From contig CBDCNP010000002.1 of assembly GCA_965219415.1 (NCBI GenBank), positions 1,216,001 through 1,280,000 on the forward strand: a stretch of 64,000 nt of DNA, read 5' to 3'. Source of the stretch: Candidatus Marinacidobacterales bacterium. Its GTDB lineage: Bacteria; Acidobacteriota; Vicinamibacteria; Marinacidobacterales; DATDRI01. The number at the start of each line of letters is the position of its first letter. Position 1 is the stretch's first letter. The position numbers were made by a program, and so were the translations under genes. Shown here piece by piece: positions 49,251-58,529 of this stretch. The notes beneath the pieces are model-generated. The model worked only from the letters and a program-made list of their open reading frames with translations. It searched no databases and was not told the origin of the DNA.

Positions 49251-50270
49251 GTGCCGATGCAAGCGACTCGCTGGATAAATGCCGTGGATACGCACACCGA
49301 GGGAGAGCCGACTCGAATCGTCACCGGAGGGATCGCGCACATCGCCGGGAGCACCATGGCCGAGAAGCTAGCGTACTTCCGGAAGCACATGGACGGCCTC
49401 CGCACGGCGCTCGTCGCCGAGCCCAGGGGCCACAAGGATATGTACGGGTGCGTGCTAACCGAGCCGCTGACCCCGGACGCCGCTTGGGGTGTTTTCTTCA
49501 TGGACAACGGTGGCTACATGACCATGTGTGGGCACGCCACCGTCGGGGTCTCGACGGCGCTCGTCGAACTCGGAATGGTTCCCGTCGAAGAGCCGCTTAC
49601 GCGATTCAAGCTGGAAACGCCGGCCGGCCTCGTCGAATCGAGCGTCAGCGTGAAGGACGGGAGAGCGGAGAGCGTCACTTTCCGTAACGTCCCGGCCTTT
49701 GCCGAACGGCTAGACGTGTCTTTGTCCGTGCCTGGTCTGGGTCAACTCGAAGTCGACATCGCCTACGGAGGCAACTGGTTCGTGTTCTTCAGTGCCCGAG
49801 ACGTCGGTGTCGACGTGTCGCTTCAAAACATCAAGAACGTCGTGGACGTCGGGATGCGCGTCATGGAAGCAGCCAACGAGCATCTTTCGGTCCAACATCC
49901 TGAGGTCGAGCAGAGCAATCGCATCAACATCGCCACCATCCTTACCGAGCCTAAGGATCCTGAAAGGACGTACCGGAACGTGCACGTCTTCGGTCCGCGA
50001 CAGTTCGACCGGTCGCCGGGCGGCACCGGAACGTGCGCCCGGATGGCGGTCCTCCACGCCAAGGGTCAATTAAAAGTGAGCGAGGAAGTGTGGGTCGAAA
50101 GCGTTACCGACGGTGTCTTTCGGGGCCGGATCCTCGAAGAAACCGACGTCGCGGGCCGCAAGGCGGTGGTACCCGAGATAACGGGCGCCGCCCACATCAC
50201 CGGGTTTCATCAGTTTGTTTTGGATCCCGACGATCGTTTGAGATCGGGTTTTCCGACCGAATGGGCTTAG
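49251..50270 (+). CDS. Proline racemase / hydroxyproline epimerase superfamily protein
   Basis: DTHTEGEPTR, EPRGH.DMYG, MCGH, ETPAGLV, DIAYGGN and DRSPGGTG motifs. Confidence 0.92.
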   Translation: MPMQATRWINAVDTHTEGEPTRIVTGGIAHIAGSTMAEKLAYFRKHMDGLRTALVAEPRGHKDMYGCVLTEPLTPDAAWGVFFMDNGGYMTMCGHATVGVSTALVELGMVPVEEPLTRFKLETPAGLVESSVSVKDGRAESVTFRNVPAFAERLDVSLSVPGLGQLEVDIAYGGNWFVFFSARDVGVDVSLQNIKNVVDVGMRVMEAANEHLSVQHPEVEQSNRINIATILTEPKDPERTYRNVHVFGPRQFDRSPGGTGTCARMAVLHAKGQLKVSEEVWVESVTDGVFRGRILEETDVAGRKAVVPEITGAAHITGFHQFVLDPDDRLRSGFPTEWA

Positions 50271-50274
50271 CGAG

Positions 50275-51951
50275 TTAGTAGGTTACCGCACCGCCGGAGC
50301 CCCACAGCGCGCCGCTCCGGGGATCGATGAGGATGACGTTGAGCGCTCGGCCCGGCCGCTCGGAGTCGATGATGCGGTGTCCCCGGGCTTCCAGCTCCTT
50401 TTTCACGTCACTCGAGATCCCGCTGTCCACACTGATATCGGTACCGGGTACGTAGGGAATCGAGTTTCGAAGATAGCGGAGGATGAATCGCGGCCCGGAG
50501 GCTGCTTTTTCCACGTCCATCCGAAAGTCCATCACGTTGAGAAGTGTTTGAAGGATCGTCTGAGGAATAGTCCATCCTCCGGCCGCACCGAGGGCAAGAT
50601 AAGGCCTTTCGCCCCGGAACACAATGGTTGGACTCATCACGAAGCGGGGCCGTTTCCCTCCCAGGATCTCATCCGGGTGGCCCGGTTCGAGACTGAAATA
50701 GCACATCCCGTTGTTGAAAAAGACGCCCGTCTCCGGTACGACCACACCGGAGGCGTACATTAGAGTCTGCGTGATGGTGACGATGTTGTGGTCCTTGTCG
50801 ACGACGGTGTGGTGACTGGTGTGCTCGCCGAGCTTCGAGGTGGAGTCGGGACGGGCCGCGGGGTAAAACTGCGCCTCCGCCTTGTTGATTCGCTCTCGTT
50901 GCTGCGCGGCGTATTCCTTGGAGATGAGTTTCTCGAGCGGTAGTTCCGGTCGCGGCCTCCCCGAGTTGTAGACATCGTCGTCCAAAAACCCGAGCTTTTC
51001 TACCTCGGCCACGAGATGAATGTACTCGAGGCTGTTGCGCTCCAGGGCCTCGAGATCGTAGCCCTCGAGAACGTTTAGCCACTGGAGGATCGTCATCCCA
51101 GAAGAGCCCGGGCCATGGGTCAGAACGCGATAGTCCCGGTAGGTCGTCGCGATCGGTTCGCTCCACCGCACCCGATAGGCCGCCAGGTCGGCCGCGGTCA
51201 TGAGGCCCCCGTTGGCTTGGAAGTGCTCCGCGACGTTCTTCGCGATCGCTCCTTCGTAGAACTCGGCCGGACCGTTCGCCGCGATGGCTTTGAGGGTTTC
51301 GGCGAGATCCTTCTGCACCCAAACCTCTCCGGGTTTCCACGGGTCCTTGCCGTCGGTGAAGATACCGCGCCCGTAAGGGTAGCGCTTGACCACCGACATC
51401 TCGCCCGTGGTCATCGAACGTTGCACGCGCGGTGTGAGTGGGAATCCGTTTTCGGCGTACTCAATGGCGGGAGCGAAAATTTGGGCCCAGCTCAACGATC
51501 CATAACGCTCGTGGATGGCGGCCCAGCCCGCAACATTGCCCGGTACCAAAGGCGCGAGATAACCGGTGGTCGCGCGTTTCGCGAAATCCCAAAGCTTATC
51601 GCCCTGGTACATTTCCACCGTCGCCGACTGGGGCGCGGTGCCTATGAAATCGAGAGCTACCGTCTCCTTGGACTCGGAATCATAGAGCAGGGCGTATCCG
51701 CCCACACCTCCCATTCCCGCCATGAACGGGTTGACCACCGCAAGAACCGCCGCCGAAGCGATCGCGGCGTCGAAGGCGTTCCCTCCTTCCTGCAGGATGC
51801 GGAGACCGGCGTGCGAAGCGAGATGATGAGACGTGGTGACCAAGCCATTGCGCCCGATGATGGATTGGGCCGATGACGTGCGGCTCGGAACGGTGACGAG
51901 AGAAGCAGCAAGAACAAGGACCGTCAAACGCACCTGGATTCGAGCATTCAT
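50275..51951 (-). CDS. Gamma-glutamyltransferase-family Ntn hydrolase, paralogue 1
   Basis: GGNAFDAA, VPG, PAIEYAENGF, QKDLAETL, FYEG, H-TSH nucleophile site and GAAGG motifs, with a signal peptide. Confidence 0.9.
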   Translation of the reverse strand: MNARIQVRLTVLVLAASLVTVPSRTSSAQSIIGRNGLVTTSHHLASHAGLRILQEGGNAFDAAIASAAVLAVVNPFMAGMGGVGGYALLYDSESKETVALDFIGTAPQSATVEMYQGDKLWDFAKRATTGYLAPLVPGNVAGWAAIHERYGSLSWAQIFAPAIEYAENGFPLTPRVQRSMTTGEMSVVKRYPYGRGIFTDGKDPWKPGEVWVQKDLAETLKAIAANGPAEFYEGAIAKNVAEHFQANGGLMTAADLAAYRVRWSEPIATTYRDYRVLTHGPGSSGMTILQWLNVLEGYDLEALERNSLEYIHLVAEVEKLGFLDDDVYNSGRPRPELPLEKLISKEYAAQQRERINKAEAQFYPAARPDSTSKLGEHTSHHTVVDKDHNIVTITQTLMYASGVVVPETGVFFNNGMCYFSLEPGHPDEILGGKRPRFVMSPTIVFRGERPYLALGAAGGWTIPQTILQTLLNVMDFRMDVEKAASGPRFILRYLRNSIPYVPGTDISVDSGISSDVKKELEARGHRIIDSERPGRALNVILIDPRSGALWGSGGAVTY

Positions 51952-51964
51952 GAGTTTCTCACCG

Positions 51965-54900
51965 TTACGGACGACCGCCGCTCTCTTCGGTGGGCGCGCT
52001 CGGTTCCGTGCCGCCAGGCTCGTCGGGTTTCTCGGGCTTCGGGGGCCGTGGACGATCCATGCTGAGGCTCACGCCGCCCCAAAAAGACTTTCCTTTACGA
52101 TCCACCTTGTGTTTCCCGTCGACCAAGTAGTTGAGGATCGCGGTGTCCCACTGCAGGCCAGCCGTAGCCACGATCTTCATCCAGTCCCCGTGCGCGGTCT
52201 CGTCGGGTGCTTCGGTCCCCCCGCTCCAGATGGTGACCTTGGGGTTATAGCCTCGCGGCCGCCGCCGGCCGGCTGCCGGTGCGCCCCCGTCGCGGGATGG
52301 CCCCTTCGCCCCCTTGAGGGGCATATAGATGAGCACGTCATCGACCATATCCAACCGGAACTCCTTGCCGTCGAACTCGGCGCCGTACCGGCGGTATCGA
52401 TCGTAATTCCGCTGGTTCATCGCGTAGACGTCCGGCGCGGCATTGATGGCTTCCGTGATGTAGTCGCGAATCTGGAACGCCGCCTCTTTGTGCCGCGGGT
52501 ATCGTGGGTCATCGAGGTAGCGGAAGCCGGGAATGAACCACCCCTTGTTCATGCTCCAGTTGCGCTCGGTGACCCGGCCGCGGCGGACTAGACCGGTGTA
52601 CTCGGAAAATAGCTGCACCACCTGATGCGAGGGATACCCATGTGGGTTCAGGAAAATGTCCGGTAGCCAAGTGGCCCAGAGCCGTGGGCGAACCTTTGCC
52701 TCGGGATAGATAGGCATCGGCTCCCGACTCCCGGAAGACGGCCCCATGCCGAGCGAAGCCAAGTACCCGGCGTGGAGTATGAGCTCGGGAGTGATCTTGT
52801 ACAGATCATAAGCAAGCTGGGCACCGTCGGCGTTGGTGATCGGATGGATCACGACGTTGACTTTGTTCAGCTTCTCTCTGTACTCGGGCTCGGTGAGCAG
52901 GCGCTCCGCCAGCTTCAGCACGTGAGACGTCGATGAAACCTCGTTGGCATGCTCCCGTGCCGAGTAGATCACCGTGGGCTTAAGAGTGGTCGCCTTGGTA
53001 TGGGACCAATGCGAGGCCTCGATCGGCGGCATGAGGTCCATCGCCCAGAGCTCCTTGCCGAGATAGCTTCGCCCGACTTTATAGACCGTCGCTTCGTCGA
53101 ACGTGGACATCTTGGCCAGAAGGTCGAAGGCCTCGGGAGGAGGAATGGGAGTGTCCCACTGAACGATCGGTGAGCCGTCGTACCGATACCCGGCAGGCAA
53201 CCGGTCCTTGATGTCGGGATAGGGAGTTGCGGCACCGTTCGGCTCGAGGGAGGCCACGACTTGCGATTCGGGGTCGACGTCGTGCTCCCAGCCCGCGGCT
53301 ACCTTGATCTGGGACAGGTCGGTGTACGCGAGTGCATCGGCATACAGGCCGCGGGCGCGCAGTCGTCCTAGATTGGCGATCGTCGCCGTGACCTGCTCGG
53401 CGGAGAGAATTTGCTCGTCAACCTGCTCCTCCCTCGCCCGCAAGATGAGCGCCGCGCGCTCGTCCGTTTCTGTATCGACCTTGATACGGACGTCCAGCCG
53501 CTCGAGCCCGACGTTTCCGTCGCGAACGAGCGCCCCGAGTGCTCTCGGCCTATCCATCGTGATCTTAGGCACGTCCAGTCGCATCTCGTCGGACGCGCCG
53601 CCGCGTTCCTTAACTTTGACGACGACGGCAGGACGGTGGGTCGCGAAACCGGTAAACGTGATTTTCGCGGTGCCCAAGTCACCGTCGCCTTTCGGACGCA
53701 TGATCGGAATGATCCGGCCCGGATAGATGATCTCCTGCCCACGAGAGTTCCGCCCTAGCAACTGGAAGAACTCGATGGTCGTGAAGTAGATCTCCTCGTG
53801 CAGAGCGTCCATCGGAGAGATGAGCTCCTTGTCCAAGTTCAGCAAGTAATGAGGCTCGCTCAAGCTCAGCTCCACGGTGAGCTCTCCGAAAAGCGGCGCA
53901 TCCTGGCCTCCACCCCGGGGGATTCCGTTGTGGAGCTCCATCACGTAGTCGTAGATGGCTGGAAGCGTTTTTTGCTGGTAATGATCCCAGAATTTCTCCG
54001 CGTCGGTCGGGATGCGCTGAGAGACCAAGGTAGTGCCGCCGCTGGTCGCTTCGATCCACCCGGTCGTTACCCGCACCAACTCGTAGTCGCGGAAACGATC
54101 AAAGTAAGGTCGCAGCACGTACCGCGGCTCGAAGGTCTCGCGGAACACTTCGCCACCATCGGGACCGGTGGCAACGGCTTGGTAGGTGGGAGAGCCGGGT
54201 GGTTCCATCTCGAAACGGATCTTCGCTCGATCCATTTTCAGGTCTCGCGCTAGAATCTCGTCGACGGGAAAGATTTCGTGTAGCCAGCGGATGGGGGTGT
54301 GAATCGCCTGTTGCGTCCATTCGTCTGGCGGATCGTTCTTGGCAAACTGGATCGTCAGCTGCTCGACCGTTTGGTCGGAGAGCGCGGGCCCTACGACCTC
54401 AGTCAGCCAGCTAAACCCTTGCTTGAACGCAGAGAGAACTTTGACGCGGGTGCCGCTTTCCGAGGCGCCGGCTTCGACCAGCTCCGCTCGCGCCTGCCCC
54501 TCGATGTCGGCGCGGATCGCTGGAGGCTCGCTGATACGCACCTCCATCTCCACCGGCTGACCCGGCCGGACTTTCGGCAGTACTTGCGATCGAAAGATGC
54601 TCCAAAACTCGTCGACCTCGGAAGGGATTTGAAACCCGTCGTCGAAGATGACGCTCGCTTTCTGGACGTCCCGGTTGTCGATCGTCACGTCCAGAGAGTC
54701 GGCACCGAGAGCGGCGGCATGCTCACGGATCATTTCGGCAAGACCGTCGTCTGGTTTTTCCACCGATACCAGCACTTCGGCCGAAACGAGATTCTTTTCC
54801 GAGAGGTCCGTAACGATCCGGTCGAGCTTGTAGAGAGCGATGGCCGCCTGCCCAGCTGGGGAGCGTCCGGAAAAAAAGTGCCATATGTCGTTCTCGATGG

Positions 54901-56260
54901 CGTCGATGGTGGTGCGGTCCTTACCCCTCTCCCATAAATTAGGGAGCCGCTCTGCCACTTGCTCGAGGGCACGCGCCACACCGGCTTCATCCCCACCGGT
55001 GATCACAAGCGCACTCTTTTCGCCGAACGCCTTAGGTATCACTTGAATAAGACCCTGGCCGGGCTCGAGGGAGTCCACCTCCAACTTGCCGTCCTCGACG
55101 AGCTTGTTGATCGAAGAATGCTCGCGACCGATGAGGACGAGGGTCGGCTGCTTTTTCGGATCGTCGATTTCATCCGGGGTCAGAGCCGCGGGAATACTGA
55201 TGCCGGCCGACTCCAGCCCGAGACGGGCCGCCAGGTCGACCGTGCCCTCGGTGCCACTTCCGGAGGGGCTTAACAAGGCGTCCACTCGATCCGGGATTTC
55301 GTTTTGATCGGAGTCTCCCAATAGCCCTTTGGGGGTAAACAGATTGGATAAACCGAGCTGTTTTTTGGGACCGGATCCTGGCCGGGCCGGAATCGGCCCT
55401 CCTTTCGGGTCCTGTGCCGCCTGCGGCAACTCGACGGCGCTCAACTCCGCGCCGGGAGCGGAAAGGACGATGCTCAGGCGTCGGGCGCCGGGATACGAGA
55501 GCGCGGGCCCATCATCGGTCGCGTCCTCACCCCGGTTACTGGCGAGCGCTTCGAGGGCCGACTTGGCCGGTCCCACCTGTTCGGCCGAGCCGAGCCGGGC
55601 TTCCACGACGACACTCTCGAGGGCCTTGCCACCCTCATTCACTCGAACGGTGGGGATACGTATCGAGCTCGCTTCCGCACCGTGTTCGGAGAGGAACTCT
55701 CGAACCTCCCCGGCCACGTCTTCGAGCGTCGTGCCCTTGGGCTCCCACAGGTGGGGCAGGCGCCCCGCGAACGCCTCGGCCGCCGCGCGCGTACCGGCCT
55801 CGTCGGCCCCGGCGATCACCAACCACTCGCGTCCATTGGCCGCTGCGAGCGTGACGATGCCCTCCCCGCCTTCTAACTCCGTGAGGCCGGCGTCGTCGGC
55901 CGCCACTCCGGCCCGCGTCACCGCGGCGGACCCCACGAGGATCGCCGGACCGGACGAGTCCTCCATGGAGCCGAGCGGGATGTCCATGGCCATCGTTTCG
56001 TAGCCGAGCCGAGCCGCGATGTCGGCCGCAGCAGCAATGTCACTGAGCGTGGGCGACTCCCCCAAAACGATGGAGGTGTCGACGAAATCGATGATATCGT
56101 CGCCGTTGCGATCTTGGAGGATCCGACCGGGCGAGAACACCGTCTCCAGTCCGGAAGGCGCAGGCTCTTGGGCGGTGGCGCCCGTGCCCAATACGCTTAA
56201 GAGAAGCACTGCGGCGAACCGCAGGCCGGTGGCGAGACTTCGGTCCTGGACGACTTCCAT
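51965..56260 (-). CDS. Large exported M14-family zinc metallopeptidase
   Basis: The C-terminal domain has GRSYLG, AREHANE, NADG and NPHG. A GAGGAG RBS precedes ATG 56260, followed by a signal peptide. Confidence 0.85.
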   Translation of the reverse strand: MEVVQDRSLATGLRFAAVLLLSVLGTGATAQEPAPSGLETVFSPGRILQDRNGDDIIDFVDTSIVLGESPTLSDIAAAADIAARLGYETMAMDIPLGSMEDSSGPAILVGSAAVTRAGVAADDAGLTELEGGEGIVTLAAANGREWLVIAGADEAGTRAAAEAFAGRLPHLWEPKGTTLEDVAGEVREFLSEHGAEASSIRIPTVRVNEGGKALESVVVEARLGSAEQVGPAKSALEALASNRGEDATDDGPALSYPGARRLSIVLSAPGAELSAVELPQAAQDPKGGPIPARPGSGPKKQLGLSNLFTPKGLLGDSDQNEIPDRVDALLSPSGSGTEGTVDLAARLGLESAGISIPAALTPDEIDDPKKQPTLVLIGREHSSINKLVEDGKLEVDSLEPGQGLIQVIPKAFGEKSALVITGGDEAGVARALEQVAERLPNLWERGKDRTTIDAIENDIWHFFSGRSPAGQAAIALYKLDRIVTDLSEKNLVSAEVLVSVEKPDDGLAEMIREHAAALGADSLDVTIDNRDVQKASVIFDDGFQIPSEVDEFWSIFRSQVLPKVRPGQPVEMEVRISEPPAIRADIEGQARAELVEAGASESGTRVKVLSAFKQGFSWLTEVVGPALSDQTVEQLTIQFAKNDPPDEWTQQAIHTPIRWLHEIFPVDEILARDLKMDRAKIRFEMEPPGSPTYQAVATGPDGGEVFRETFEPRYVLRPYFDRFRDYELVRVTTGWIEATSGGTTLVSQRIPTDAEKFWDHYQQKTLPAIYDYVMELHNGIPRGGGQDAPLFGELTVELSLSEPHYLLNLDKELISPMDALHEEIYFTTIEFFQLLGRNSRGQEIIYPGRIIPIMRPKGDGDLGTAKITFTGFATHRPAVVVKVKERGGASDEMRLDVPKITMDRPRALGALVRDGNVGLERLDVRIKVDTETDERAALILRAREEQVDEQILSAEQVTATIANLGRLRARGLYADALAYTDLSQIKVAAGWEHDVDPESQVVASLEPNGAATPYPDIKDRLPAGYRYDGSPIVQWDTPIPPPEAFDLLAKMSTFDEATVYKVGRSYLGKELWAMDLMPPIEASHWSHTKATTLKPTVIYSAREHANEVSSTSHVLKLAERLLTEPEYREKLNKVNVVIHPITNADGAQLAYDLYKITPELILHAGYLASLGMGPSSGSREPMPIYPEAKVRPRLWATWLPDIFLNPHGYPSHQVVQLFSEYTGLVRRGRVTERNWSMNKGWFIPGFRYLDDPRYPRHKEAAFQIRDYITEAINAAPDVYAMNQRNYDRYRRYGAEFDGKEFRLDMVDDVLIYMPLKGAKGPSRDGGAPAAGRRRPRGYNPKVTIWSGGTEAPDETAHGDWMKIVATAGLQWDTAILNYLVDGKHKVDRKGKSFWGGVSLSMDRPRPPKPEKPDEPGGTEPSAPTEESGGRP

Positions 56261-56545
56261 AACCAACTCCTCAATTCAATTGGTTGAATTCTTTCTCTGC
56301 TCGATGGAGTGGACAGCCGACCGTAGCGTCGACATCCACGCCGAGGGCGGTCTGCAAAGGTTGGGGAGGCAGGGCGCGACGACCCACGGCAGCCCGTACC
56401 TACCATGCTTGGCGCCCTAAAACAATCCTCGGTCTACTTTCGGGCATCTAGGCCGAGGCTTACGACACTAGGTGGGTACCGCTATCATCGGCACGTCTGC
56501 CGGGGCGCTGGATGGTCCTCGGGAGGCGCCGTCGTGAGGCTTCGG

Positions 56546-56920
56546 TCAAACGTCGGGGGGGCCCTCGCCTTTCTCCCGCAAGATCGCTTCCAACTCGGCA
56601 ACGGCTTCCAGGTCACGCGGCCGGCCGGCTGCCCGCTTCACGTGAATCAGGTGCTCGAGTTCGAGGCAGCGGCACTCGATTCCGAAGACCTTGATCGCGA
56701 TAGTATGGGGCAGAAGATCTTCAAAGTTTCCGCCGCCCGTTATCTTGTCGGCAAGGGCGGCCGCGAGACGGGCGGTGTTGTCCTCGGTCCGCCGGTAAAC
56801 GACGTCGACATCCTGCGTCAAGCGGGCCGATCCGTGAGCCGCTGCCGCCACCCCTCCTACCAATATGAACTCGACACCGGATTCGGATAATGTACGGAGA
56901 AGAGCCTTGATGTCTGTCAA
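56546..56920 (-). CDS. Pol-beta-superfamily nucleotidyltransferase (appears internally shortened)
   Basis: VEFILVGGVAA..HGS.RLTQDVD and LI.VKRAAGRPRD motifs in only 124 aa. Confidence 0.75.
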   Translation of the reverse strand: MTDIKALLRTLSESGVEFILVGGVAAAAHGSARLTQDVDVVYRRTEDNTARLAAALADKITGGGNFEDLLPHTIAIKVFGIECRCLELEHLIHVKRAAGRPRDLEAVAELEAILREKGEGPPDV

Positions 56921-57114
56921 GGTGTTTCTTGGGCTTCACGGCCGGCCCGCCGCAACTCTTCCGCGAATCGCTGAAGCTCTATGAGCTTGAGGAGTCTCTC
57001 TTCCACCGAGAGCTTGAGGTTCTCGCGGATCAGAGTTAGATCGACGTCTTTCTTGTAGGCTTCAATGACCGGGTCGGGTCGCAACGTGGAGTGCTTCTTG
57101 CCCAAGGGAGTCAC
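56917..57114 (-). CDS. Small helical protein, putative antitoxin-like partner of the nucleotidyltransferase
   Basis: DPVIEAYKKDVDLTLIRENLKLSVEERL, an overlap with the next start codon, and an extended -10 TGCTACAAT at 57129-57137 (minus strand) before GTG 57114. Confidence 0.65.
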   Translation of the reverse strand: MTPLGKKHSTLRPDPVIEAYKKDVDLTLIRENLKLSVEERLLKLIELQRFAEELRRAGREAQETP

Positions 57115-57454
57115 CGTCTCTTGGACAGATTGTAGCACTTCTGGACGGAGTGGTCTCCCAAACCCACCTGGGCTGCCGATGCAGGGAATGAGCTGCGGCA
57201 GTAGAGGCGTAGTTTGCCGGTCCAAGGAACAAGCTGTTATGGGAAGCTCCGCTCTCAAGAACGTGATCTAACTTGATCACGCCTACCTCCTGTACGTTTT
57301 CTCCGGTGCCTTCGTCGCTGTTAGGCCGTGTCGAACCTCGGTCAGGCGACACGGCTAACGTAACGGATACGCCCCATCTTTTGGGATAGTGGACCCGACA
57401 CCCCGCAAACATTAAAGGCCCACTCAAATAGCATGTTTTGCTTCCGTGTAGCGG

Positions 57455-57470
57455 TGGCACGGAGCTTGCT
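57455..57470 (+). promoter_or_regulatory. Sigma54 (-24/-12) promoter
   Basis: TGGCACGGAGCTTGCT is a full match to TGGCAC-N5-TTGC and lies about 130 bp upstream of ATG 57599. Confidence 0.75.
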
Positions 57471-57598
57471 CTTCCGTATGCTCGAGAATTGAAATTGGCC
57501 AACAGCGAGCGCGTCCCATTGAAAAGCCGACACCGAGTGCGACGATCTCAGTCGCCCTTCAGCTAGGCGTGACGTTCTAGCTAGGGTCTAAGGAGGCA

Positions 57599-58322
57599 AT
57601 GTCAATGAAAACCAAAACAATGACCGCGATATCGTTGCTGTTGGTGCTCAGCCTCGCATGGACAACAAAGGCTGACTCGGGTGCGAAACACGAGGATAAG
57701 GAAAACGACGGTGGAGATAAGCCGAGGTTCGGTGTTGGCGTGAGCTTCAGCCCCCTTAATACGATAGTACCCGAGATCGAAATCCCGCCCCTCCAGCTTG
57801 CCGATTTTCGCGTGGTACCTTTGAGCCCAGTCGCCGCTGCCGACCAGCAGAAAGACGAGTTTCTTGCGCTTGCGTTCGATGACGAAGCACGGCGCTCAGC
57901 TACTAGTGATCGATCACGCAGGAGCGGAAACGATAGGCAAACTCGTGGACGTGCGTCCGTCTGGCTTGCAGTTGCTCTTGCAAGGCCGTGCCGTTGAAAT
58001 ACCGCGCCAGGAGATTGCTGAGGTTAGACGAAACGGTGATTCGCTTTGGAACGGCGTCTTGCTGGGTGGCCTGTTTGGTACGGGCGTCGCGCTCAGCTTC
58101 ATCAGCCACGCTGACTGCCAGACTTGTAGCGCCTGGGAAGCTGCCTCCGTTGGGCTCGTTTTGGGTGGGGGTGGCGCTGCGCTCGGGGGCTTTTTGGACT
58201 ACATGCGGCGAGACACGCGAGTGCTCTATCGAGATGTATCTCGGGAGGCTGTGCCTGTGGTCAGGGTCGAGCCCATGATTAAGCCCGGTGGCTGGGGCTT
58301 GGCGTTGTCTTGGTGTTTCTAA
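57599..58322 (+). CDS. Exported/membrane hypothetical protein (frameshift near 57870)
   Basis: AAGGAGG RBS and a signal peptide. The second frame has GKLVDV...DSLWNGVLLGGLFG, a Gly-zipper TM and a C-terminal beta-strand ending in F. Confidence 0.55.
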
Positions 58323-58529
58323 GATCATGCTTTCGAGCAACGGGTGAATATGGCGGCCTGCCCTCGGACCTCTGATTTCGCGTACGCCGTCACGTTGCAG
58401 CTACGATCGGCGCCGGCATTAGACCTAGCGCGAAGAGGATCGATCTAGCGCAGCAGGATGAGCGCGTTTACTATGAACGTGAAAATAGCCTTGCACAGGC
58501 TGAACAGTCAAAGAGCTAGTGGCTTACTT

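Noticed and set aside
56413-56425. CGCCCTAAAACAA resembles the class 1 integron attI1 core
   Set aside because: The GTT crossover triplet is absent and there is no integrase or cassette array, so it is likely chance.
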